Shown piece after piece: positions 27,891 through 42,077 of a stretch of DNA of 64,000 bases. A program made the translations under genes and the position numbers. The stretch spans positions 74,524,001 through 74,588,000 of the forward strand of contig OX597823.1 in the NCBI GenBank assembly GCA_951406725.2. Direction: 5' to 3'. The number at the start of each line of letters is the position of its first letter. Within the stretch, counting starts at the first letter, position 1. A model generated the notes under the pieces. That model had not been told where the DNA came from, ran no database searches, and was given only the letters and a program-made list of their open reading frames with translations. Source of the DNA: Octopus vulgaris. Taxonomy: Eukaryota.

Positions 27891-28686
27891 AATCGAAATA
27901 ATCCACAAGGATATCCAGATGTAATGTAGTACGAACGTTTCATGCAACTACATTCAATTGTACTATGCAACCATTACATTAATTCAAATGCAGAGCAATC
28001 CTCAGCTGCATGATGACATAGAATTTAATCAAATTAAAACAGATGGACACATTTGTAAAATTTTACCTAAAATCTCCATATGGTAGGGACAGAGAACATG
28101 CTGTCTTCACTTCAGTTTAGAAGCTACTAAGTTATCAGGAAGAAAGACTTGTTACAGATTTTGCTTGTCACTGTTTTATGGGGTCAATTTTAATTTATAG
28201 ACTAGTTTATCAAATCTTTGTATATATTTAAGGTCAAAAGAGCAAGGAGGAATGCTTGTTGATAGTTTTTATGACTATACCCATTATGATTCCTGTCGAC
28301 ACCCTCAGCCCACATCCCAACAGACATTGCTCCTTGCACTTTTGGCCTGAAATATAAAAAGAATTTATAAACTAGTCTACAAATTCAAACTGACCCCAGA
28401 AAACAGTGACAAGCAAAATCTGTAACAAATCTTTCTTCCTGAAAGCTTAGTAGCTTCTAAGCTGAAGTGAAGATAGCATGCTCTCTGTCCCTACATTCTT
28501 GGTGATCTTAGGTAAAATTTTACTAATGTGTCCATCTGTTTTCATTTAATTAAATTATATGTTGTTATACAGCTGAGGATTGTTCTGCATTTAAATTGAT
28601 GTAATGATTGCATTGTTGAATTAAATGGATTTGCTTGAAACGATCGTACTGCATTACATCTAGATAAACTTGTTGCTTATTCGATT
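27891..28686. repeat. Long imperfect inverted repeat (about 370-bp arms, about 56-bp spacer)
   Basis: For example, ttgttacagattttgcttgtcactgtttt (28149) pairs with aaaacagtgacaagcaaaatctgtaacaa (28400); pairing continues along both arms with scattered mismatches. Confidence 0.9.
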
Positions 28687-28783
28687 TTAATCACATTTTG
28701 AAATTGTATAGATATTACTGTACTAATTTTGGCACCTCAACTTAAGTACCATATTCATCAGAATCTCTCTCTCACTCTCTCTG

Positions 28784-28876
<93 letters not shown>

Positions 28877-28897
28877 ATATAATATCCACACATATAA

Positions 28898-29077
28898 AAG
28901 GCGGTGAGATGGCAAAATGCTTAGCGGAATTTCGTCCCGCATTGTGTTCTGAGTTCAAATTCCGCCGAAGTTGACTTCGCTGTGCCTCCTTTCGTCATCG
29001 ATGCGATAATTACTATTTGAGCGAGGCGTGGTTGTAATCGAGTTGACCCTCACCCCAAATTCCTGGGCGTGTGCAAA
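28898..29077 (+). mobile_element. SINE family C, degenerate
   Basis: aaggcggtgagatggcaaaatgcttagcgg...gttctgagttcaaattccgccga.gttgactt. Confidence 0.75.
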
Positions 29078-29145
29078 CATTTATGCCATAAATATATATA
29101 CATGTACACAACACACGCGCATAAATATATATGGATGCACATGTG

Positions 29146-29184
<39 letters not shown>

Positions 29185-29405
29185 TAGTCAACAGGTGAGG
29201 ACACGGTATGCTTAATATTGAAAGCACGTTGTAGTGGTCAAATGATTTGAGCTTAGATTTCAAACTATTTATCGAGTAAATAAGTCCGTGGGTTAAGGAA
29301 TGTCTATAAGCAGAATTCAGATGAGCTCTCCTGATGATAATGATGCCAATAAGAATTTAACAGGCTTCGAGCTGATATATTAAATATAAATACATACATA
29401 CATGC

Positions 29406-29462
<57 letters not shown>

Positions 29463-29497
29463 GGACGGTTGATGGAATATACGATAATTTGTTATTA

Positions 29498-29603
29498 ATC
29501 ACGACAATTATTTCGAGAAATCTAGCGTTGAACCCTCACGTGTGGGCCATTCAAGAAATGGTTCAGGAGCATCAGGCGGTGCAGATGTATCTCATCGGGT
29601 GAT
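29498..29603 (-). ncRNA. Type I hammerhead ribozyme with long stem II
   Basis: Minus strand reads AUCAC-CCGAUGA-GAuacAUCUG...UAGAUuucUC-GAAA-UAAUUG-UC-GUGAU. It lies in a roughly 270-bp repeat (29461-29730) homologous to 60555-60825. Confidence 0.7.
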
Positions 29604-31674
29604 AAATAGAAGAAACTCGTTAAAATAACAGTTCCGCAATGTAACTTCTCATTTTGTAGAAAGAAAATCTGCCAGGTGGAGGAAATATCTTGATTTACAC
29701 AAAAGATCAGAATTAAAATCGCAGATATATATATATGTACGACGAAAGATAAATTTTCCCTCTTTTTATGGAGACAAGTGTTTTTATGGAGACAAGACTG
29801 CAAAGAAAAGTGCTCAAATGTAATTGAGATGCAAATTAAAAAAACATTGATCAGAGAACAAATATCAAACTCTAGTCAACGACTTTATACATAACTCTGT
29901 GCCTCCAAACATTTGATCATATGTAAATATTACCATAGTCTTTCAACATATAAAGAATACATATATAAAAACCACAGGAGGTAAAATCTACAATATGCAA
30001 ATAGAAATATAGATGCTTAGAAGGGCCTATCAAAAGGGTATATACAATCGACTAAAATTCCTAAAGCGTGTCATGCGACTAAAAATCTAAATGAAATAAT
30101 ATATCAATTGACTAAAAAGATTTTTCTTACTCCCCTCAAACAAAAACATATATGTCAAAAGAGTTCATTTCTTAAAAAAAACCTAGTAGGTTGGAGTCCA
30201 GGAGCGTAAAAGAGTCCCACAAAATCCAGTCAAACACTATTTGGAGGCAATGGTGTTATGTATAAAGTCGTTGAATCGAATGTGATGTTTTTTCTCTAAT
30301 CTATTTTTTTAATATACATATGTGTATGTGTATGTGTATTCATGTATATGTATATGCATGAATATATTTATATATGCAGGAATGTGCGTGTGTATGTTTG
30401 TATGTAAATATGAAAAAATTCTTTTGTTTTTATGTACATTCTCGAAAAAACTTTCTCACATTCCCGAGTGTCAAACTAATACATTAGCTTGTTATTTATA
30501 CACCTGTCTAGGTCCTTTGATTTTCTATAAATTTCAACTATATATATATATATATATTACCTCCTTCGTTCATCTATATTATTATCATCAACTTTGTCAC
30601 TATTTCGAACCATTGTATCATCCATCATCTATCATCCCAGTAGCACAACATTTATATTCACAAACTAAATATATCCCCTAACTGTTGCAGACATGTTTGA
30701 CAATATTTACCTCTTTTACACCATCTGTTAACTGCCTTAGTAAATACTGCTACACAAATTTAACTTTTGTTTGCCAAGAGAGTCTGTTTGACAGTTTCCG
30801 TGAATAATGGTATATTTCCGTTTACTATACAATTTAATAAATGTTACTCCAAAGAAACGTTCTGCACCCTACTTAACATTTTGCTCTGTGTTTCATTCAG
30901 TCTATTTTCAAATACTTCTGTAAGTGCCCTACGTAACTGTTCATATATCTAGCTGCTTTCTACAGCAGGTGTGAAATACCATATTGTGAGATCATTAAGG
31001 ACATGTAGCTTTTCCATTATGGACCTCATGTTTATAGTTATCTATGCCAATTGGTTTTTTCCTTTTACTGCGGTTACTGGTTGATCTTAAATAATAATCT
31101 TGGCTTTATAGTCAAACAGATTTAGTCCAAACTATTTTGCGGCATTCCCATTGTGTTGAACTATTTACTGAGATTACTTGATGATAATCGCTATCAGCAT
31201 TAATAATTTCAGAATGACATCAACATTTGTAGGAACTCTTTTGAAAATATTATTACAAATATCAGTGTCTCTTGATTCCTAGCTACAAGGCCGTTTAAAT
31301 TAATATCTAGTGCTTAAAGGAAACAGCAGAATATTCCCGAATTATGGCATATACCGTATATTCAAATATTCAAATATACTGACAAATATTTCAGTATACT
31401 TACAATAGAATTTTATAAATTTGCTCTCATGCTGCATACCACTAGGTTCACGCCCCCCATCATTCCTGCTGTTGCTCTTATAAATATATGAAAATGTTTG
31501 ACCATGCGAAACAATGAATAAATTTGTCAATACATACACTTAGCAACATATAGCAATCAGTCGATCAATCATTCAATATATTTAGGTCTTTGTGTTTCTC
31601 GGTCATTGTCTATATGTATCTCTGTCTATATGTATGTCTGTCTATATGTATCTCTCTCTTTTTCTCTGCCTCTC

Positions 31675-31727
<53 letters not shown>

Positions 31728-31792
31728 AGATATGTGCGTATATATATATGCATATGTATATATGTGTGTGTGAGTGTGTGTATATCCACATG

Positions 31793-31824
<32 letters not shown>

Positions 31825-31858
31825 CATATATCTATACACATACATATATATATATATC

Positions 31859-31905
<47 letters not shown>

Positions 31906-32112
31906 ATGCATGTATGTATTCGTAATTATGTATATAGAGATAAGGGCAGAAGCATCACACTCCCTTGTTCACCATACTTCACGTATCAGAGGAAATTTTG
32001 ATTAGAGAATGGCCGCACCTCCCGAACTAAAAATAGTAAAATAAATAAAATTATAATGAAATACAAACACACGAACAGCGACACAGACGCTAACGCACAT
32101 ATGAACACATGT

Positions 32113-32151
<39 letters not shown>

Positions 32152-32808
32152 TGTGCGTGTGTGTGTACATGTGCGCGCACATATGTGTTCATATATGTGT
32201 ATGAGAGTAGGTTTAATGGTACGATTAGATATCCATCAACTACCATGTAATTTTACAGCTAACCAATAATGTTAGGCATGAATCCAAACTGATTAAGCGT
32301 TTTATATATAACATGTCACTGCTGATGGAACACAATTTGGTGACAGGACATTGTTCATAGAGTATAATAATATGTGGTGCTATTAATAAATGTGTCTTAT
32401 AATTTCTGCAAATAAATTAAAATTCAAAACACTTTCAGGAGAAATATCATTAATTGTGCCTTGAAACACTTCAAGATGATTTTATTGGAGAAATATTAAT
32501 AACTGAATCATTCTTCTCAAATATTCGTCAACGACTTAAGCATTTCACAAAGGTATCGCAGTCACCGCTGTTTTAAATACATTTGTTTCTGTAATGTTTT
32601 ACAAGAAGAATGATAGCTGTTCAGCATGAAAGTATAATAAAACATAAATACATTTGGATTCCAGTGACAAACGAATGTACATGTCTTTGTTGCCAAACGA
32701 ATGTACAATGTCTTTGTTGCATAATATTCTTTTTCAATAGTTTTCTGAAATATTTGATATTACGAAAGATAATTGAACATCAATATATGTGTGTGTGCGC
32801 GTGCGTGC

Positions 32809-32841
<33 letters not shown>

Positions 32842-32847
<6 letters not shown>

Positions 32848-33045
32848 GGGGACAATAGTAATAACGGTACTCCCTTCTCACGTGACGAGTGGTATGCGGT
32901 AGTTCCTGCAATTAAGGTGAGGTCGCTCAGTCTAAACAGAGACTACGAAGTAGACGGCCATATATACTCCTGGTCTTACTTGTCTTACTACCTATACTGC
33001 TATACCAGTGTGTGTTGTATCAACCGGATATTAAGGATTACAACA
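32842..33045 (+). mobile_element. Putative 5' LTR of Ty3/Gypsy element
   Basis: Starts TGTTGT and ends ACAACA (inverted termini). Followed by a degenerate PBS-like gatgacgaag and then gag-like coding remnants. Confidence 0.65.
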
Positions 33046-33069
33046 ACGATGACGAAGAATTAACAAACT

Positions 33070-34145
33070 GAAAATGAATTTGTTTTTTTGCGGATTTTAC
33101 GTGAAAGCCAAAAGTAGTAAAATTATACAAAAGTTGTTGGCCGGTTTGCTCGAGTTGCAAAAACAGCAACAACAGCAAACGAACGACCAACAACAGTAGC
33201 AGCTACAATTTCAAGGACAACAGCAACTACAAATGCAAAAACAATAACTGAAACAAAACCACCACCACCAACAACAATAGCTGAAAGAAAAAACAACAGC
33301 GGCAGCTACAACTGCAAGAAAAATAACAGAAGCAACAACAACAATAATTACCATTACAGCAACAAATACTGCAATGATTAAAGAGTAATTCGCCAGGAAA
33401 TGCTGAAGAAATGTTCTCGTCATATTATGTTGCGAACAAGATAACAGAATTGAAGTATAACCAGACGAAGGAGTTACCTTTGAGGCTGACTATAAAAGAT
33501 ACGAACAAATCTACAATAAAGAGTGCAAAGACGATATGAAAACGCGTTTAATCTCATGATAACTGGCAGCAAGAGAACAGGAGTGTTTCAGAAGTTACAT
33601 ACTCCTGAAAAACCTTCTGACATAAACTTTAAAGATACAATAGATATGATGTGCAAAACTTTTAGGGAGAAAAGCTCGTTCTTCAATACACGCTAGAAAA
33701 TTTTGAACATAGAAAATAACAAGGAAAATAAACCATACGGTGGGAGAGTTAACAGGTCATGTGAAAAGTTCAAGTTGGACGAATTAACGCCAGGCATGTT
33801 CAAGTGCCTGATAGTTATTCAGGCACTAACTCCAGAGAAAGGCGTAGAAGTGAGAACGAGAATTCTCGCTGAGCTGGAACGAAACCTTACAACAAATATC
33901 AGAAGAACGTGAAAGAATAGTAAATGTATAACACGACATAAAGAAAATTGAACATAATGATTGCTCCCAAGTGAAACAAGTGCGAAATAGGCAGAAGAGA
34001 AATCAAGTGTGTACCAAAATACAGGACAAGAATCAGGAAAAAAAAACATGTTTTGCATGTGGAGGTCTACACCTGAGGAAAAACTGTTCAAGAAAGCGGA
34101 GTACTTCTGCTGCAGAAAAATTGGACACGTAAAAGTGCACTGTAA
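33070..34145 (+). pseudogene. Ty3/Gypsy gag fossil with CCHC zinc-knuckle remnant
   Basis: Q-rich N-terminus, then PDEGVTFEADYKRYEQI..PSDINFKDTIDMMCKTFREKSSFFNTR*KILNI..YGGRVNRSCEKFKLDELTPGMFKCLIVIQAL..VRTRILAELE, then YFCCRKIGHVKVHC. Confidence 0.8.
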
Positions 34146-34379
34146 AATGTTTCCTCCTCAATTAGTTTCAATTAGATTTAGTAGCAATAGTAAACTCTGA
34201 ACATTCCACAATGGTATTTTTTTCCTCGACTGTTTGTTTGGGTGAAATTCAATAGCATTAGCAGCAGTGATTGTTGAGATTTCACCCAAACCAACAGTCC
34301 ATAAATATATTTAACGGAAGATTTATACCCGCGGAGAGTGTCGGTGAAAGAATGAAATTTGATACTTTTTTGTACGCAC

Positions 34380-34672
34380 ATCTTAATCCAAGCCTTCCTG
34401 GTCAAAAACCAGACCACTTGTACGTCCGGCACCAACATATCCGACTTGTCACCGTTTCACTTCTGGCTCTTCTGAAAGAAAAGCTATTTAGATCGCCAAA
34501 GGAAATAATAATAAGAAAAGCGACGACGGAGCTACAGAGCTTTCCGGAGAGTGCGTTCAAGAAAACGTACCAGTGGTAGCATAAATGCTGAGTCAGATGT
34601 GTGAACTCCCAATGGCTGTATTTTAAAATTAATTAAATATTTGTGAAATGCTTCGTTTTGAACACACCTCAC
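34380..34672 (+). pseudogene. Mariner transposase C-terminal fragment with TIR-like end
   Basis: ..DLSPFHFWLF.. and FPESAFKKTYQW*HKC*VRCVNSQWLYFK (W..RW.RCV...G.YF motif); ends ttttgaacacacctc. Confidence 0.6.
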
Positions 34673-35249
34673 ATGTGTATTTATGTATGTATGCATGCGT
34701 ATTTAAGTATGTATTTATGTGTATGTATGTATGTATGTATGTATGTATGTATGTATGTATGTATGTGTGTGTGTGTGTGTGAGTGTGTGCATACATATAT
34801 ACTCACATACATATGCGTATATATCTAACGGTCACATAAAAAATTATTCCTTCTCCCATTCTCACTCTAAGATAGTTACGCTTTAGGCATTTAATACTCG
34901 ACCTCAAATTTCACAGAATAATGGACACGTTCGCCTACAATTCGACTATTTCCAGCAGAGGAATGAGAAAGTGTCAGACGAGGGGAAGAAGAAAAGCAAA
35001 GATGGGAGATGAGGAGAAAGATGGAAGAACATCTATCTTTTATTGCAAACAATCGCCGTATGATCGTTCATCTTGATGGAAATAGAAACCAAAAACCACA
35101 CAGATCACTCTATATAGACTGACAAAAGATTTTATGGTGACTCATTTATAGCAATGGACAAAGTAATGTACGTTTACGCATACACACACACACATTCACA
35201 CGCCTATATAGATGTTTATATGTACGTATATACATACATAGATACATAC

Positions 35250-35313
<64 letters not shown>

Positions 35314-35484
35314 GTGTGTGTGTATATGTTGAGTGCGTGCTTGTGTGTGTATACAGATATGTATATAGATATACATACATATATATATGTTTATATATAT
35401 GTGTGTTTGTATAATATACATATATACAAACGCACACATACACATACACTCACACACACACACAGACCCACACACACACAGACC

Positions 35485-35541
<57 letters not shown>

Positions 35542-36094
35542 ATATACGCATATATACAGATATACATATGTAACTTGTGCTCAGACGAAATGTTCTTTAT
35601 GAAGTTATGCGGCAGTAGAATAACTTTGTGCATATATGCTAAGCAGCGTATTTATTGACTTCTTATTTGAATTTATGTAATTTTAAACCATGAAAGTTAT
35701 ACGATATTAATATGGTAATATGAAAACATGAAAGCAAAAGTAAATATTCAGTGAAGCATATAAAACTGTTACATGCAAATAATACGCGGCAGTGTATTTC
35801 TCTGGCATTATACAACGATTTTACACACTGATTCCACACGGCACATATAATAAATATCACGAGATAAGAATTGACGCTCTAAATAAGGAGACATAAAGAA
35901 CGATTGAATATTAGAAATGCGAATAATGACATCCAACCTGATTTTGACTACTGAAAATATAAATGGAGTGAATACATTCAATATTCAGGACAAATACACA
36001 CGCATAGGTACATACACATATAAGTAAAATGCTCTAAAGGAAATTTCCGTTCTGAATAAAATGACAATAAATCTCATTATCATTGTTATATCGT

Positions 36095-36115
36095 CATTAT
36101 TATTATTACTATTAC

Positions 36116-36189
<74 letters not shown>

Positions 36190-36202
36190 CTATTATTATT
36201 AC

Positions 36203-36256
<54 letters not shown>

Positions 36257-36345
36257 CATTATTATTATTATTATCATTATTATCATTATTATAATTATTA
36301 TTATTATCATTATTATTACTATTATTACCATTATTATTATTATTA

Positions 36346-36396
<51 letters not shown>

Positions 36397-36433
36397 CATT
36401 TTATTATTTTTATTATTATTATTATTATTTTTA

Positions 36434-36470
<37 letters not shown>

Positions 36471-36500
36471 ATTATTATTATTATTATCATCATCATTAAT
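36095..36500. repeat. (TAT)n trinucleotide microsatellite, about 400 bp
   Basis: Directly visible. Confidence 0.97.
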
Positions 36501-36914
36501 GCTACTATTGCTAATATAAGTATTATCATAACTATACTGATAGAGAAATACTTATTTAAATATTGACATTTATATATTGACGGTGATGATGATCTAGGTG
36601 GTGGTCGGGTAATAAAAAATTCTATAGAACATAAGAAGCGAATAACAGCGAATAGTCATTAGATTTATCTGGCGCCATCTTGATTGAAAAAAATCCGAAT
36701 AGCGTGAAAAAATATTTGTACCATTAGTAAAAAGGTCAGCAATTAGAATTGTATACATAAAAGGCCTATGTAGAAAACAGGAGAAAAAAAAAAGCAGAGT
36801 TAACAAAATGGTTTGCTTTAGAAGAAATATAATTTGAATCAATAGCAGTCATAATAATGAGATCAAGAATATTTATAAAAAGTATATTTAGGTTTCATCC
36901 AGAAAATCTAATAA

Positions 36915-37064
36915 AAACCAACAATAACAACAACGACAAAAACAACAGTAAGAATAATAATAATAAAAATAGCAATACGGCTACTGCTGTTACAGAAAAT
37001 ACTACTACTACTACTACTGGCGCTGCTGCTACTGCTGCTACTGCTGCTACGGCTACGACTGCTG

Positions 37065-37112
<48 letters not shown>

Positions 37113-37205
37113 TTACTAGTACTACTACTACTACTACAACTACTACCGCTACTACTACTACTACTACTACTACTGCCACTACTGCTGATATTGCTATTAC
37201 TACTG

Positions 37206-37250
<45 letters not shown>

Positions 37251-37765
37251 TTACTACTATTACTACTACTACTACTACTACTATTACTACTACTACTACT
37301 ACTACTAATAATAATAATCAAAATAAGTATATGATATCTACTGATGATGACGATGACGATGAATATGATGATAACGATGACGATAATGATGCTGATGATA
37401 ATGATGATGATTATGGTCATGAATGTGATGAGTATTTTTAAGCATAATTCCACATATTTTTGCACTGAGAGATGCATTCCTATATTTGCATGGTAAAAAT
37501 AATTTATTCAGTGCTTTAAAACTACTCCGCTATTGTAACAATTTCGAGTAGTTCTTTAAATATTCCGCCGCAGAATGAGCTTTAAAGAAGGAAAAAAACA
37601 TATCCATGAGTGATAATAATAACGACGATAATAATGATGACAGTAAGAATAAAAACGTTGATGTTGAGGAAGATGACGATGAGGAGGAGGACGACAACGA
37701 CAACAATAACAGCAATAGCAATAACAACAGTAGTAGTAGTCGTAGTCGTAGTACTAGTAGTAGTG
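36915..37765. repeat. Compound trinucleotide tract (AAC/ACT/GCT/GAT/AGT)n
   Basis: Directly visible; explains the Thr-rich ORF 36857..37441. Confidence 0.9.
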
Positions 37766-37915
37766 ACCGGTGCTGGTATTTTTCCATCCCCGTAACCTAG
37801 TGGTTCGGCAAAAGCCTGATAGAATAAGTACTAGGCTTACTTATGTTCTAGGGTCGATTTCCTCGACTAAACGCGGTGATCCAGCATGGTTGAAACAAGT
37901 AAAAGAGTAAAAGAT
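37766..37915 (+). mobile_element. SINE family A, 3' half
   Basis: ccggtgctggt...ccccgtaacctagtggttcggcaaaa...gatagaataagtactaggcttac...gaaacaagtaaaagagtaaaaga. Confidence 0.8.
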
Positions 37916-37984
37916 AGTGTAGTAGTATTTCGAATACACCACCGAAAATCTGACATAGAAAGGTTATATATATATATATATACA

Positions 37985-38680
37985 ACGCATTGAAGATGGT
38001 AGAGGCTTTATGCAAGTAAATGTCTACTATAGAATAACCACTACAAGATTACAGAAATATCTAACTGGTACAAATACTCGCAAAACACGAGCAAAACAAT
38101 AACTGCTTTCTGTCTTCAAAGAAGCCGAAAAATTGAAGTAAAAAGTCAAAGTACCTGATAACTGTCAAGATAAATAGGAATCAACAAAATCTTTGCAGCT
38201 TTTGTTGAACTCCAAATTAAAACTGAAACAAATAATACCATGATAATATGATAGCAAGAAAAATCTAAACAGGGCAAATACTGGGGTAAGTTAAACGAAA
38301 ATAAATAGAGAGTGTTGAAACCCAACAATGCTTAAAAAGCTCAGGACTCTAAGCAAAGGCTGACGGAGTTTTAACTGCGGATCAAGATAAAAATTTCCCA
38401 ACCAGAAACTACCAGAAACACAAGGGGAAAAATACAAGTAACTGCAGAATATGAGGTAATGGGGAATAAACGATAAATCATTGTCTCTGGTCCCCCAGTG
38501 CTGGCTAGGAAGGATCATATCCACAGACATGACAGAGATGGTACCTATAAACACTGGACGCTATGTCAACACTATGAAATGACAAGAAAAAACCTGGTAG
38601 AGTTATACCCCAAAAAGGAAACATGAGGGAACAAATAGAGAGGGCTTTGGAAAAAAAGGAAATGTCAATATGGGATATTC
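37985..38680 (+). pseudogene. R4/Dong-like LINE fragment (RT C-terminus to CCHC zinc knuckle)
   Basis: Translates with frameshifts to EDGRGFMQV..QGKYW..CLKSSGL*AKADGVLTADQDKNFPTRNYQKH..NCRI*GNGE*TINH..SG..IHRHDR..HWTLCQHY..SIWD. Confidence 0.75.
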
Positions 38681-41600
38681 TGGCGAGTATCTCGTCACAT
38701 GTAAGACAATGAGTGTTTGATGATATTTCGAATACAAAATGTTAAGTGGTTGGCCTTCATTGATACTGGGCTGGAACTGTGTGAAAGAGACGAGCTGGGG
38801 AAAAGTATTTGACAAATCCCAACGGCACATGATCAACGTCAAGGTATCTCTGATGATAGCGTAACATCAACGCATCTCTGCACATCATTATACATAGCAT
38901 GCTAAGTTTTTCACTAACAGATATTGACAGCAAATCTGCAATCTGTCCCGTTAAACGCGACTCTTCTGCAAAAGTGAAAGAGCACATACTGCAATGAGAT
39001 CACTCATGAATGGAGGCAAAGTGCTACCCAGTAAAAATAGATGACGGAGGCAAAATGCATGTTTATCACGTCAACATTCAGGGATAAAAAAACTCAGCAA
39101 ACTAGATCTCTAGTAACTTAAGCTGACCGCCTGTTCGATGCTCTACAATGCTGTTAGGTTGCATAGATCTGCCAATCCAGACTGCCAATCCAGAAGCCTA
39201 GTTATAGGTCCATTGGCATTTCTTGTTAATTTACGCTCTTCTCACAATGTGAAGACGTTCAATATTCTTTGCATATAACATATGCACTCAACGAAAATAA
39301 TCACGGCATACACACGGCATTTTATAAAAGTTTTATCCGATTTTAATGATTTATTTCAAAGTACAAACAAAATATTTAATACTTGAAGTTTAATCCACTA
39401 TATATGTATGTTTTAATTTTCTATCACCTTCCGTCATCTACTCGTAAGATTTTGAATACCAAATTTGAAATGTGTATGGGGTTGTGAGTTTTAAAAGGTA
39501 CATGTTTAATTAATTTTATGTTTTCATTGATGGCCGAAAATTTTCCTCTTAACGGTTTTGCATGTATCGACTTAGCTGAACAACTGACGCAGCAAAGCCT
39601 TTAGGATATGAATGTTATAGCAATTTTCCGTTTGAAGCTTTCCAGAATATTTTTAGTCTTTTGTATAGCGTGTAATCTAGCATTATTCCAATATAAGAGG
39701 ACATTTTATATTTGGCCCCACTCACAACCGGTTGTCAATTGACAACCCGATGTTTGTTTGTTTACGTTCGTGTATCACAGTTGTTTGGCAAAAGATACCA
39801 TTGTAATGTGTATCAGGCTTTAAAAATATGTACCGGTTACGATTCGTTAGATTAATTGCCCTTCTAGGCAGTATCCTAGCATGACCACAGCCGAATAACT
39901 GGACAAAGAACAGTAATAAAATAACCTTAAATGATTCTTATGAGAGGTCATATTACTGCGGCAACAACTACCGAAATATTCTTTAATATTTCTGTAACAG
40001 ACTGATATACGTATTGTTAATAACATATAATTACTGCAAATGGGTCTTGGTCGCCTTATAAAGATTTAAGTTTATCTTCGATCATCATACACATCTCATA
40101 TTGACAAAATATTATACAAAATTTGTTTCATTGAAAACAACAGATAAAGTAGGATCCATTCTATCATCTTTTCTGTTTTTCTTACAATGTCATTATTCAA
40201 TACATTTTAGATATTTTATAAAATTTTTCGTATGTGAAACTGTAATTTATGTAAGTTTCAGAGTTACACCCCGCAGCACTTCATCTCCATTAGCTACAAG
40301 AGAAAATTAAGCATTGCCAGTACCTCTCTATTTGATTAACAGAACATGTCAGAGTTTTAACCAAATAGATAATTTATAAGAAAACAAAAGCGGAAAAGAA
40401 ACTCTCAGTATTCTAAAATCATCACATGCCAAAGTTAATTTTGACTTTCATCCATCACGATAATATATACCAATAAGCACTGAGTCTCGAAATATTCTAT
40501 ACTCTAAATAATATTTGGCATATTCTAATTTAAAGCTGAGAGAATTCCTCATGTCACAACAATTCTGGGAGCACACATCAATTAGAACTAGTTGAAAATA
40601 ACTGGAGCAAAGATATTGTTACAAGAGATATCATTAAGAGAAATACTCCTATTTTCCCATCTGATACACACAGTCACAGACACAGTCATATACACAAAAA
40701 AGTATTATAGGTACGAATAATAAGCTTTATACAATATTTTGTGCATTATAGACTTACAGTTGTTTTAGATATTTATTGTGGGTGGGTTCATTCTGCAATT
40801 TAATAAATCGATCGATTGATCGATTAGTAATACAATGAACGACCATCTCAGTTCTTTCTTTATCACAGCCTGACAGATCAACCTCCAATTAAAGGAAGAG
40901 ATGGAAAAAGAAGCAAACGGTCATTATGCTCTTTGTACGGAACTAGGGCACCTGTCTTACGCTGACGGCCTTAAGATTATCATGGTTGAATAATATTAAC
41001 ATCCAGCATAGAAATTTGATATCTAGAAATTTCTTTAGGATTAGTGGCTGGCTTTTAGCGATTACTAGTATGTTTGGGCGCTATGCTTGGGGAGGTGCTT
41101 GGACATATTGAAATCAAAGGCAGCTAGGGTGTTTCTAATTATTTTAAATGTGAAGTATCAAAATCTAATTAGGTACGGGAGTTCATTATATATACATGAC
41201 AGAGCTAGTAATCAGGGATTATGAATCAATCAATGAATAAATTATAACAAGCAAAGTCACACAAACCGTAAGATTATACAGCCCTAAAATATATGGCTAG
41301 GTTTCAATGGCACGGCTGGAATGGGAGGCTAAGAGATGACACATTAATAGGCACGTATAAAATTGCATGTGAATATATGGTAAACTAAAGTAATTATAAA
41401 ACCGAAGGATCACAAAAAAAAGGATAATAAAATGGGAAAATAAAAGGATATAGGAAAGTAAAACTATAAAATGGGTATCCTCTTAGCATCAAATCAATAG
41501 AGAAAGGTGAAAGGTCTATGATTCGAGGACCTACTAAAACTGACACGTGCGTCAAACCTAATGCAGTGAACCTGGAAGCTTTGCGGGTTTTATCAAATCT

Positions 41601-41717
41601 AATTCGTATAACGATTAATTATTGAAGGAATGGTATTAAAACCTTAATATTATACTTTGTTTTGCATATACGTATGTATATCTCTCTCTCTCTCTCTTTC
41701 TATCTATCTATCTATTA

Positions 41718-41761
<44 letters not shown>

Positions 41762-42077
41762 CTCTTTATTTATCTGTCTGTCTGTATACATATGTGTATC
41801 TCTCTCTCTCTCTCTATATATATATATAAAATAAAATAAAATAATAATAATAAATATATATATATATATTTAAAATTTATAAGTTTAAATTATTTAAATA
41901 ATTTTTTAAATTTTAACTTTAATTTAAATAGTTCAATTTGGAATTTTATATTTTTATATTTTATATTTTATATTTTTTTAATTCATTTTATTTCTATGTA
42001 TTGGCTTATGATTTTCACTGTTTGATTTGCCTAACAGTGGTTTTATTTCTAATTTAATATAAGATATATATATATAT

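Noticed and set aside
28715-28765. Minus-strand CUGAUGA..GGUAC/GUGCC..AAAA as an HHR beside the fold-back
   Set aside because: Extra nucleotides before stem II, GAAA absent, and no stem I pairing.
36857-37441. 194-aa Thr/Asp-rich mucin-like CDS
   Set aside because: Fully explained by compound trinucleotide repeats; no signal peptide or domain.
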